Below are positions 44,764-56,326 of a stretch of 64,000 bases of DNA, in pieces. Each line of letters opens with the position of its first letter. The stretch's first letter is position 1. The notes beneath the pieces are model-generated. The model had not been told where the DNA came from. It saw nothing but the letters and a program-made list of their open reading frames with translations, and made no database searches. The stretch is taken from positions 2,542,001 through 2,606,000 of the forward strand of contig CM039002.1 of NCBI GenBank assembly GCA_017499595.2. Direction: 5' to 3'. The DNA comes from Psilocybe cubensis. Lineage: Eukaryota. The translations under genes and the position numbers were made by a program.

Positions 44764-47230
44764 AAATGTATTTCCCGACACGCTCGGATATTCGCGCCTC
44801 CGAGTCGCGTCAGGACCTCTTTCTCTGGGATAGTTGGGTGAATAGTAAGATGGAACTTTTTGGAAAGAGCTGCGCAGCTGGGATCGCGCTCGCAGAATCA
44901 TTCTGTGTTCTTTCTTCGAAATGATGACTCTCACCTCGTTTTTGTTGATGCTTCTGTCTTTTTCAGTGTATTATTGCAGCCTTTCTCATGTACAACCTCA
45001 GGTATCCGAAGATCGCAGATGGAAGTCTGTCTCTTAACACTTTCTCTAACTTTACAGTTGTAAGAAATTTCGTGCGGAACGCGGTGTAGATCAACGACCA
45101 GTGGTGGCCGAGTGACGAAGTGAGGTGGTTGGTGATTGACCGTATGGATTCTGGAAGCTATCGTGTGGTCTTTAAGTTCTTGATTAATGAGAAATGGATT
45201 CCTCAGGCTTGCCACTTGTAACAAGACTGTCGAGGTCCTGATGCACCGAGTTGAAACGATTGATGTGATGCGCAAAAATAAAATCAGGTATCTACAAACC
45301 TGTCTAGACCTCGTATGATAGGTTGAACCGATTCCTGCAATAACTTCATTCACATGCTTGAGAATATAAGCTTCAGAAGGCCTTTTCGCAAGCGCGTTTG
45401 CTGCGAAAGCGAAGGGTATGGGCATAGAAGGGTGATTAGATAACTCGTGTCGATGCTTTTTTTGGATTTAAGCTCAAGTTTTGCACTCAAAAAATCTTCA
45501 AATGATAAAAAGTAATGAAATTGGATCCGATAGTAGTCTCCATAAACCCTCACTTTTCGATCGTATAGTATGATCATGATCGAGCGGAAGTATAGTCTAA
45601 ATAACAAATTATGAATGCGATCATCTGCGATCACCTCCACCCACAAGCGCCCATAAAATTACTCGACAACGCCCATGACGAATTGGAGTTTTTTTAATCA
45701 ATTGTCGTGATTTAAGGCGCCTAACTAAACCACAGACTTCCCGCTTGTTATTTGAGGTTTTGGTTGCACATAAACATCCATTTGACGCGTATACAAGTGA
45801 CCACGGTTGGTTTATGTTTTTTTAAATGGTTTCTATAAATAGATTTGCGTTAGTGGTTTAAAGAGTGACCAATCCCTTCCGATATGGAAGGTTACAAGGA
45901 ATGTATACCAAGGCGAGAAAGAGCTCCTCGGAGGCTATGTCCCATAGTCAGGTTAAGTCTTCGGGCAAAGCCCACTTCATCACTGCTCTTGGCCCGGTCG
46001 TCCTCGGACTGTATATAAAAAAGGTGAGCTTTATGTGATATGCACTGCGGGTAAATCCTTCATGACCAAATGGTGGACATAACAATCTCTCAGACTCCTG
46101 TATTTAATACAACTGTGTTGAGGCGGCAGGCCTAGGAAACACAAGCGGCGGCTACCATAGCCCAAGGTAAGCGCTTGCAAGCGACTCATGATAACGATGG
46201 CCATGGATTTGCGCTCATTATGAATCGCAAAAGCTGCTGGGCGTTGATATTGTTTTAAAGACCTCGATATCAGTGAAATACCCCAATAATCATTTTACTT
46301 GGAGGACGCAGTGATTGTATCCTGACCGATACCCGAAAGCCGAACGAGATCTTGTGATCGTCTTAATTTAACGGGTGGCGTTTCCTAATGGTATTTGCCG
46401 AGTTGGCGGATCGTTGAATGCAGAGTTGGCCCATCCTATTTCTGCACCATAACTCCTGTAAGATTGGGCTCATCAGGAACCAGCACCCCCTTAGGTAAGC
46501 AAAAGTTGGCTTACCTCCGAACCTTTTCAACCCTTCTGCACTCACACTATTCTACATTTTTGAACCACAGATATGTAGGTTATGCTTCTTTGAACACATC
46601 TGTGGTTTTTTTTTTCAAAAAAATTTTGATCTCAAGAAGTTATAAAGATTTTAATTTTTTTCCTTTTTTTTTAGTCTAACACGTCAGAAATGGTGTTTTC
46701 TCGAGTTTGGGAGATTTTCGAAAATTTGACAATGTTCTTTTGGCCGCTTATATAATGGTACACGTGACCACACGTGACAATAAGTCACGCCTAAGTAATA
46801 CCTCTCAGACTCATTATGGACTTCCAGAGACTACAATTTGACCTCTGAGGTGTAATTCTATTATTGTGGGCATAAAGGCTAGTAGTAAGGATTGTATATG
46901 CACATTTATGAATTTTTTTTTTTTAAACTTTTTGTCTGAAACCATTTTCCGTCAACATAACTTTTGATTTTTTTTTCGAGCTGGATTTTGGCCGCTCTTG
47001 GCGCCAAGCCCATTGATTACGTAAGGGTGCTGGTTTCTGATGAGCCCAATCTTAGACCTGTGGTAGAGCCATGGCGAGTCTATATAAAAGCCCGGTGGTT
47101 CCTTTTACGATTACCTGCGATACTTTGGTGCCATCTCGTTCATATCCGTGCCCAGAACACGTACTAGCTACATTGTTCTGTGCAGTTTCCTCCCCTGGTA
47201 CCGGCAGCTAACCCTTGACCCCGCCTTGAA

Positions 47231-48717
47231 ATGTCGTTTACATCATCTCTTCCTTTGCATCAACAACCACAGCAGGGTTTTTCAATGACTCACCGACGAG
47301 ATCGTTCCAGATTCTGGGGATACCCCAGCGACCATGCTTTTTATCGGACGCATCCTAGTATCATACCACAATGGCCTCCAGATCTATATGACGACATACT
47401 GGGCACAGTTCAAAGCGGGAACGACGACATCGTCCTGCAGAAGAAAGCGAATCCAGCCATCAAAATACCTATAAGCAAGAGGGGGGCACTACAGAGATTT
47501 ACAGAAATGCCAATAGACATTCTATACGAGGTGGGTCATATTTGTCCCGTTCTGGAACTATAATCGGAGAGCAGGTGGTTGGTTGGTGTTGGGCCAATGC
47601 CTAGATCGTGTATCTGCATGTGCCGCCGGACTCCCACCTCTGTCAACCATCGCATTGAATAACGTGTCTGCTTCATCTTCAAGCCCTCTTTGCTAACCGC
47701 GATCTCACAGATATTCGGTTATCTTCACCCGATGGACGTTCTCAACCTCTCCCGCACGACCAAAAGTCTCAGAAGCGTGCTTCTCGCACGGCATGCTCGC
47801 GGGGTGTGGAGGTCTGCACTTGGGAGCGTTCGTGCGCTGCCTTCGTGTCCCCCCGACATGACGGAGCCAGAATACGCGAGTTTGGCATTCGATGACTGGT
47901 GTCAGGTAAGCTCACGTCCGTTCAAGGTGGAATTGGCACTACTTTTAATGGTTGGCCAAAAACACCATATGTGATCGCGTGCTCATAGAACTCCTCTGAT
48001 ATCTTTCCCTTTTTATCAGTTATGCTTAAAGCGCAACACGGAATCGATATCATGGCTATGTCGTGTTAGATACTGCAAGAGTTGTATGAAGAAACGGTGA
48101 GTTCTCCCACTCCAAATCTAAACCACATAAAGTACTTTGCTCACAAACCATGCTCTATAAATAGATGTATTTCAGAAGAAGAACTGATGTACCGCATTCC
48201 GAAGGGATTGTCTATCGAAAAACCCGAAACCATCTTCCCATACACCACGCTGGAAAATAATGGTCAGTACTCAAGGTCCTGTATTAGCCGTTGATGAAAT
48301 TCACAAGTGCTTTATTTTTGGTTTAGGATACCTACCTAGCGACGACGAAAACGAACATCCACTGTACTTCCTTCCAGCTGCTCTGAAATACATCAAAGAG
48401 CTAGAAGAGATAGCGCATGCTCATGACACAGACGCGTTCGACAGATGGCGGGTAGAAAAGAACAAAGCTCAATGCAAGCGGATTACAGTGAGCACAAGCC
48501 TTCCTTACACAATCCGCTGACATTTTGAGCTTATCGATTTGTTGCAACCTAGCACGCTGCGCTGTTTGAGTTCTGGAATACTCATTGGGCATTCAGACGA
48601 TCGGCGCGATCGCTCCCTTCAAATCTCACGGAAGTAGCGCTTATAGTCTTCCTGACTATACTACTGATATATCTGTGGAGAGAAACGCTCTTCACAGTTC
48701 AACCTGGTGTAAATTAA
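47231..48717 (+). CDS. Multi-exon F-box protein with a Cys-rich segment and a C-terminal hydrophobic tail
   Basis: LQRFTEMPIDILYE|IFGYLHPMDVLNLSRTTKSLRSVLL...PSCPPDMTEPEYASLAF, then CQ/C...C...CKSC motifs. Last exon HAALFEFW...VALIVFLTILLIYLWRETLFTVQPGVN*. Confidence 0.78.
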
Positions 48718-50090
48718 CGGAACATACGGAGCCTCTGGGCTCCGTTAAGAGGTTCCGTTCCGCTGCACTTAGTGTTGTAGATACCCGGCTTGGACCTGTC
48801 CACCGTATACTGTCAATGCCAATGCCAACGCCCTTCAAATAAAAATGAAATCCGCAACCATGTTGTCCCTTCCACCATTCGACAATGACAGTTGAACAAA
48901 ATCAAGCTTGGATTAGACGCATTGGGATCTAATCAACTGGAAATCTCCAATGACGTCCAACAATTACGAGTCCATTGAAGGATCGAACAGACACCCCGCG
49001 TCGCGTGTCAGTGTCGGCAGCTGGCTGCATCATGATGACAATGAATTAATGTCATTTGCCACAACGTGCGCTGATCGCCCCAGTTTCTGCGCGCTCCTTC
49101 TATTGCCCGGGTTCCTGCCAGACCCCAGTCCACTGTTATATGCCACAGACACTAGTACTAGCAATGACGCACGCAGCAGATCTTCGACGCCATCGTATCC
49201 GCTAATTCCTTGACCAACACCCACGTCGCCGTTGAAGTGTGCAAATTTGCTCAACTTGACAAATCCCCAGCTGCCACAAATTGACGCTGTCATGAACAAA
49301 TAAAGCTATCGACAAACTCAAAAACTGAGATGAGCGCCCCAGAGAAAACATGTATCCCATAAATATCGACGATCATGTCAATGGTTAAACTCAAATGAAT
49401 CCAAGTCAAAGGTCGCTTTTTCGCTTAGATCCTTTGGATGCTCCATGAAAGTTGCGAAAGTTGGACGACTGCCATTTCCATCTCCAAACTACACGCCAAC
49501 ATAATAAATCCACTCTAAACCACTTTAAATGCTATTCGAAATCCATATTGACATGATGCTCTGCCAGGGGTAAACCTGCTGGTCGAAGGATGTCAGTCAA
49601 CCGGTCTTGTGGCTCAATAGTTCGACGCCAGGCAGATGTTATGTAGCACCAAGAATTTTAGAAAGGGCAACTACGTGCCTTATTACAGTACAGTACAAGG
49701 AACGAGTCCGCTGAAACTCCGATTTCAATACACCGGTGACCGGTTCCAGGAGTGAAAGAACACCATCACTGGCACTGGGCAGTGGCAAACGATGTGGGTC
49801 TGTGCCAACCCCTATCTCGCCCCTAACTAGCCCCTATTTCTTTGAAGTTCAGGTGGCAGGCCCACATAAGTCATCCACTTGTAACAAGACTAGAACAGTA
49901 TCGGTTCCCAGCTCAACCACTGACAGAATTTTAACTTGAGCAAGTTATGAACAAGTAGACTTCTTCAAGTCGTGCCAGGAATAAACATCCATTCTTTGTT
50001 TGTTTTTTTAATGACGGGCGTCAAAATCGTGTCCACAGTCACCAATGAGTGTGCGTAGTACAAAGCGCACATTCACCAGCACTCAAACAT

Positions 50091-53000
50091 TCAAGCCACC
50101 TCCCTCACAGGGAGATTGCCCAACAATGTCTCCAAAGCCGCCATCACACTGTCCAACTTGGCCTCGAGTTTATCCACCTTCTGCTCTAATGCGGAATTGC
50201 ACGAATGGATGTTGTCCAGAACCGCCAACTTGTCTTCGATATTGGATATCCTAGCCAGAACGGCGGTGGGGTCATCTTCTGGTTTGTTCTCGTCCGTGCT
50301 CTCCTCTTTGGCTACTTCGGATTCTTGTTTTTCATCTTCCACTTTGGTTGGTTCCACCTCTGGTAAGGGATCAGAGAGAGGGCTTGTAATGAGGTCTTTT
50401 CGGAGACACAGGAGTGTGTGCCACCATTGATGATCATTCTCATTGGCTTCAAATCGTTCCGGTTGACATTTGTGACAGAGATAGTAATCTTTTCAGAACA
50501 TTTACAAGTTAGCACACCAAAATGAACAAGGAAGATGCATAGGCGTACTTTGACATGAGTGACCCACGCATCGATAGAAATCGAAATCCCAGGAAATAGG
50601 TTCTACACAGCGCCCACAGACAAACGACTTGTTGACCGGACTTGGTTCAATACTTTTCTCTTTCTCTCCAGATTCTTCAAGAGTCTCTGGTGGTTTTGCC
50701 TCCTCGACGGCGGGGAGTTCAGCAGGGTCGCTCACCGCGCTTTCTTCCTTTGTCGGAATCTCATCACTTGTAACAGTTTCTTGTGTTTCTTCATGTTGCT
50801 TGTTTTCTTCTACACCGCCCTCTAGCGAGGGCTTTTCCTCCTCTTTTTCAGGGGAATCCTTTGCCTTGGAACCCACACCAGATATGGACCTCTGTTGAGC
50901 ACGATACTGCTGTTGTAGCTGTTCAAGTATATTCTCCGCCTCCAAATTAAGCCGCTGCTGTTCCTCGGGCATAAAGATAAAGCACACCAGCAGATACGAA
51001 TGTCGGGGTGTGTGTTTAGGGGTATACTCGTTCCCCTCAAGTGTGAGACAATCTCGGCAGAAATCCTGTCCTAGATAGATAATGTAAGGTTAAGACTTGT
51101 GTGCACGGTGCTGGGATTAAAGGTACATACCTGGGCATTGGATACACGTATGACGCCGTTCTTGCGTTTGAATATTTCTGCACCGATCGCAGCCCCATCT
51201 GAAGAACAAAACGACCACACAAACCCAATTAATTACTGGCTATAGAGGACAAAATGATAACTTACCCAGTGAACGGAAAATCAGCTTGTTCAGTCCTGCT
51301 CATCAGATGGCTAAACATGGTATCATCAATCGGATCCCAAGTCCTCGGTATTGTCGAAGGCACATCAGCCGGGTCAAGCGTTTTAACATAGTCCTCCCAC
51401 GTCGGGAACTCCAGATACAAAGGCGTCATTGTAGGAGGGAAGTCATTGAGGATAGGTCTGTCCGCAAGCGCCTCTGCCAGCTCTTGGCGCGTGTAAGGAA
51501 CGAACATGTCGCTGCTGAGGGTGTTGATCTTGTTGATGTCAAGTTCGTGTACGACGTAGGACCATATTCCTCCATGGTAGGTTGCAATGTCTATTCAAAT
51601 GATCAATATGTCAACACACATCTTGGTTGCAGTATCAATGGGACGACAGACCTTCTGCCGAATCTTTTGAGTTTTGGAATCTTACTGGATATCGTCGGGT
51701 CTAATCTCAGTACAGAGCACCGTCATGATGAGGGGAAGAACGCACCACTCAGTTCAGACACTCGCTTGACAGTGATCTCTCGCATAACTCGGAACGCCGC
51801 CGACAGACGAATCCACTCTCTGACATCCACAGTAGCCGTACGACACACATTACTCAACGCCAACAGTTGCTCCAGAATAAGTGTGCAAAACTGTAGAATA
51901 TACTATACAATTGCCAAAAAAACATCAGCAACTAAAGAACGTAACAAAAGTATACCAGCATACCTTTTCAGGATCCTTTTCACCGTACAGCAGATGTATT
52001 GTCGATTCATCTTCGACAGTCCATTTCAAGGAATGCAAATGTTCGCGATATAGTTCATCTTGGTGTAGGACCTTCTCCTTGACAAGCTCACGTAGCTCAG
52101 GGGCAAATGTATTCACGTTTTGGTTTGTCGGCTCACGGGTGAAAGCGTGGCAGATGGTGCAAAAATTGAGAAGTGAGAATAGGAAGAGGTAGCCTCTATT
52201 GCTGGGAAGAACTGGAATTACATTGGTAAGATATATGTATTTGAAACAATGTACAACACATTGCTTACCACTTGCTTGCATCTCCGTCAGCTTGAACGTG
52301 AGGTGACTGATTCGCCTTCGATATATGCGCGCCTCATATGCCCAACCTTCGCAAATAATTCAATAAATCCAACAAAACCCACCGTAGACAACAACTTACC
52401 TGCAGCAGAATACGCACACCACTGCGGCAGACTCCACCCTCTAGGACACTGCTGCGCAAACGCATTGGCCTCACTGATTCTGATAAACCCTGAATCGTCG
52501 CTATCAATCGTCTTCGTAATCTGCTCGCCATGCAACGCGATATACTCCAGCGTCCACGCGTCTGGGTGATTGATCGCGCCGAGCTTGGACAGGAAGCTGA
52601 ACTTGGGCGCTGAGACGGAGATGGCAAACATTTGTTTGAACCAGTCGAGGGTGCCCTTTTGGTGTGCGTCGCTGGTGGGTTCGCCGTCTTTGAATATAGG
52701 ACCAGTAGGGATGGCGTGTTTGGACGAGAATCTATCGAGGTAGAACTCAAAGAGCGCGCTGACGAAGAATTTATTATCCACGCAGAATATCCAATCCTAC
52801 AATCAAAACGATGAAATCAATCTCAAGCTCGAAAATTCACGAAAAAAAAAGAGAAATGAGCGTACCATCTCCTTCCACAGCTCCTTGAGGTCCTCGTTAG
52901 CCAGCCGATCGCTGGGTCCAGACAAACTCTGAATAACCAATTGTGCCGAGTTCGCAATGGCCTGCTCCATCTGCTGCGCGTGGAAACTGAGCTTCATCTC

Positions 53001-54233
53001 AAACTTGCCCATATTGCGATCGCACAGCGCGTCGAGCGACGACTCGAGCTCCCTCTTCACCTTGAACAGCTGCATGTCCGCCGCGAACGCCATCGGCGAC
53101 GCCGCATTGTCCGAGGCGATCGACGCTGGGTCCTGTGTCAGCGCGATGAGCGACTGCAGCGTGCTGGTATCGCCCGCCCAGAGGTTGGTGCTGCCGTTGT
53201 TGCCGCTGTTGTTGTTGCTCTGCTGGGTGCGCGCGTCGAGCGCCTTTTCCCAGTCGTGTTTTGGCGTGAAGAACCGCGCGAGCACGATATCCATTTTGGA
53301 TACGAGGTCTTCGACCCCTGACGCGACTTGGATGGAGAGTGCCTGCTGCAGTTCGATGCGGAATTTGTTGAACTTCTCGATGTGTGCTAGAATACGTTCT
53401 TTCCAGTCCTGCGATTTCCAGAATTTTACTGGATATCACGATTTGACGAGCAACTGAGAGTGCAGGGATAGATAGATATGAGAAGTTCACGTACCAAATC
53501 GCGACTCGTTGTAATATGTATCGATGCTGTTCCCGCAGGACTTGATTTCTTTCTGGATGGACACCAGAATGTCATTGAGCGTCGCGTCCGACCTCAAAAC
53601 ATCAGCATTCAGCCTGTTCCGCCGACGATTGGCAATATCATCCACACTGCGCGCATATAGTAGATCAGCTGTGAATTTTCAAGATAGAGCTTTAACAAGC
53701 CACGCACTCGAGCAAAATGCGCATCACATCCGTCTGGGCGAGGAACACAGCCGTGACACGCGCATCGTTCTCCCTCCGATCCTGCTCGAACATCACAGCT
53801 GCCTTGAAACACTCAATCACAGCTGCGTATATGCGTCCGCAAAAAGACAAGGTCATCAGCACAAGTTGACAGCGCGCATACGACGCACGCGCATACCTTT
53901 CGTGAGCAGTGTATCCCCAACGCCCGCGCTCTCGAGCAGCACGAGCAGTCCCGCCGCGTGCTTGAGGTAATCATGCCCGTCCGCGGGCGGCGCGTCCTTC
54001 ATCCGCGCGTGCGCCTTCTCCCACTGCTTGTACTCCTGCTGCAAAAAGGCCGTTGCATCTAAAGTTGTCGTATGACCCTGCGCCTGTGTGTGCTGGTGCT
54101 GGTGCGGTTCAGGCGTGGGCATGGTGAGTGTTGACCCAACTGGCCCTGCACACCGCGAGGGACCCGGGGACTGTTCCCGCGACTGCTCCTTGCGCTCCTT
54201 CTTCCTCCTGTTCAGACTGAATATCGACGACAT
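50091..54233 (-). CDS. Large multi-exon protein: N-terminal helical domain, EF-hand, two ZZ-type zinc fingers, C-terminal coiled coil (paralog A)
   Basis: EF loop DSDDSGFIRISE. ZZ1 CDRC...CIQC...FCRDC...H...H. ZZ2 CGRC...CVGHSC...LCHKC...HQWWH. Heptad tail LAVLDNIHSCNSALEQKVDKLEAKLDSVMAALETLL. Confidence 0.82.
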
Positions 54234-55071
54234 AGCGTTCTACCTGGGAATGCGTGTATAGAGTATTCAGGGAATTTTGCTCGACCGAATATATATGAGG
54301 TGTTCATGAAGATGCACATCCTTTTTGTCATGTCAGGGCCATCTTCGCGATGTCCATTTGCCGAGATGTAAAACGCGCTTGGTGGCGACGTGCTGATGAA
54401 AGCGCATTGTGAAACGCTCTTGCGCTCGCTACGCGGATTTCGACGTAATTGTGAAGCGCGCCTGTGGCTGTGCAATGGAATGATAGCGAAGATTGCGAAC
54501 TGATCTCATGAAGCACGACCATTCAAGTCTTAGATTTTGCAGTAATATTGCATTTTTATTCAATTTCAGTAGTAATTCTTGTAGTAGTACTCTTACTACT
54601 CTTCCCTCTTCTCTAAGCCCTCAATCCCAAAAAAACAACAGCAAAAGGTGATTAATACGAAAGTCGAAGAGTGGTCTATCGATACCGAGTGAGTGCAGGC
54701 GTAAAAAGCGTTGTATGAAGGTCGAAGTGTAATGCCAGTGCACTTTGAAAAAAATTCCAACGTCAAATGTGATTGATAACTGGTTGCATGATCCGAGTCG
54801 TGGTGGGTGGGTGAATGGAAGTGGGTTGCCGATGGATAAAGGTGATGGGTGGATTGTAATATGCCACAATATGAATGCGATTGTGAGTGCAAATGCGATT
54901 GAATGTCGTGTGTCTGTGTGTTTGAATAATTTCCGGTTGCGATGATAATGGATAATGTTAAATGCCCTAACAAGCCATTCCGAGAGGTTAGTTAAAGGTA
55001 AAGGAGCATGTCAGGAGTAAGGAAAGACTCACGATGATGATGGTAATGTTACAGAGTGTCAGCGTTAAAGC

Positions 55072-55203
55072 TCAGGCAATGACGCAGTATGCGTTTCCGG
55101 CAGTGCCGCTTTTCTCCTCATTCGAAGGGGGCATGGAAGTGGTATCCTCGCTGGGGGTGGAGGTAGAAGCGAAGAAGCTGGTGATAGTGGTGAAAGCGTC
55201 CAT
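55072..55203 (-). CDS. Lipopeptide mating-pheromone(-like) precursor with a CAAX box
   Basis: MDAFTTITSFFASTSTPSEDTTSMPPSNEEKSGTAGNAYCVIA* (43 aa). It has an MDxF start, a P-x-N-E-E-K processing-like site about 11 aa before the Cys, and a CVIA end. TATAAA lies upstream. Confidence 0.88.
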   Translation of the reverse strand: MDAFTTITSFFASTSTPSEDTTSMPPSNEEKSGTAGNAYCVIA

Positions 55204-55325
55204 TTCAAGCAGTTTAGACGGAGGATGAGTTTCAAAGCAACGGAAGAGGTTTCGCAGAGGATGCAGACAACACAGAGAAGAATCTGAGGATTGATTGGAG
55301 TTTCACTGCGCTCCCCCCGAGCGGC

Positions 55326-55331
55326 TTTATA
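55326..55331 (-). promoter_or_regulatory. TATA box of the pheromone gene
   Basis: GGTATAAAGCC on the minus strand about 125 bp upstream of the ATG at 55203. Confidence 0.6.
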
Positions 55332-56326
55332 CCTCTATCCAAAAATACGACCATACGGCCTCGCGCACGCCAATTGAATATATCGCGCACTGAAGCCGTA
55401 CGCCATCGTGCATACGCACACGGTTAATTGTTCTCTGCTAGCTAAATCTGGGGGGGATAAACCCAGACGACAGCAAGACAATAACGCACAACACAATAAG
55501 GCGAATCCGGGTCTACAAATTTGACCAGCCAAGTATTCATACGCGATTATAGTATTAACGAGACAATAACGGCTGATTATAGAAGCAGACAGTGTTCCAG
55601 GATGGCGTCGCGGAGAAAAGCCGAGAATAGGTGACGACACCCAGAGAACAAAAAGCGTCGTCCGGATCTGGAAAGCACGTGGGAAAGCACTATGTCGGCG
55701 GGGAGAAAAAAGCAGGCAAAGTCTATTGGAAGTCATGTAGACCAGAGATAGTGCGATTGAATGGAAGACGAGACACGAGACGTGAAACAGGCAATGGAGA
55801 TGAGAACAGCCTATGTCGCGACGAATAGACATTGAGAAGACATTTGAACTCCCCGTTGGAGTATAGAGATTCCAGGAAGGCCGGTTTAATGAACTGAATA
55901 CTGAGAGCTTTGCAATAGACCGGGAGGAGCTCTATAAGCCGTAGAGATATAAGTATATAGTTGGAACGGGCATGCGCTGGATTAATTTGTGTTGCGATGA
56001 CCTAATGACCGGGGAGATGGTAAATTGACAATCCTCGCGAGCGCAACACAGAAAAAGGGCGACATTGGGGAGAACTGGCAGCGTCTCAGATATTCCAGGA
56101 GCAAGATATGTGGTGGAAAGGAAGAAAGAAAAGACAAAGCGTTGTGTACCTTTTGTAGGAGTTATGGACAAAGGGAATGCACACATCGGGTAAGCGGTGA
56201 CAGTCACACACCCCTGAGGAGGACGCGTCGCTGTGACTGCTTCCGCATTTGGAAGAGGTCACATGATTGACGCGTTAGAATTTGAACCATGACCCGATTA
56301 GGAAGTGTTCACCTTTAGCTTTGACC

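Noticed and set aside
46560-47000. Poly-T/A-rich segment with tandem CACGTGAC and repeated TTTGGCCGCT
   Set aside because: May be a transposon relic or promoter, but no TIRs or TSD could be defined.
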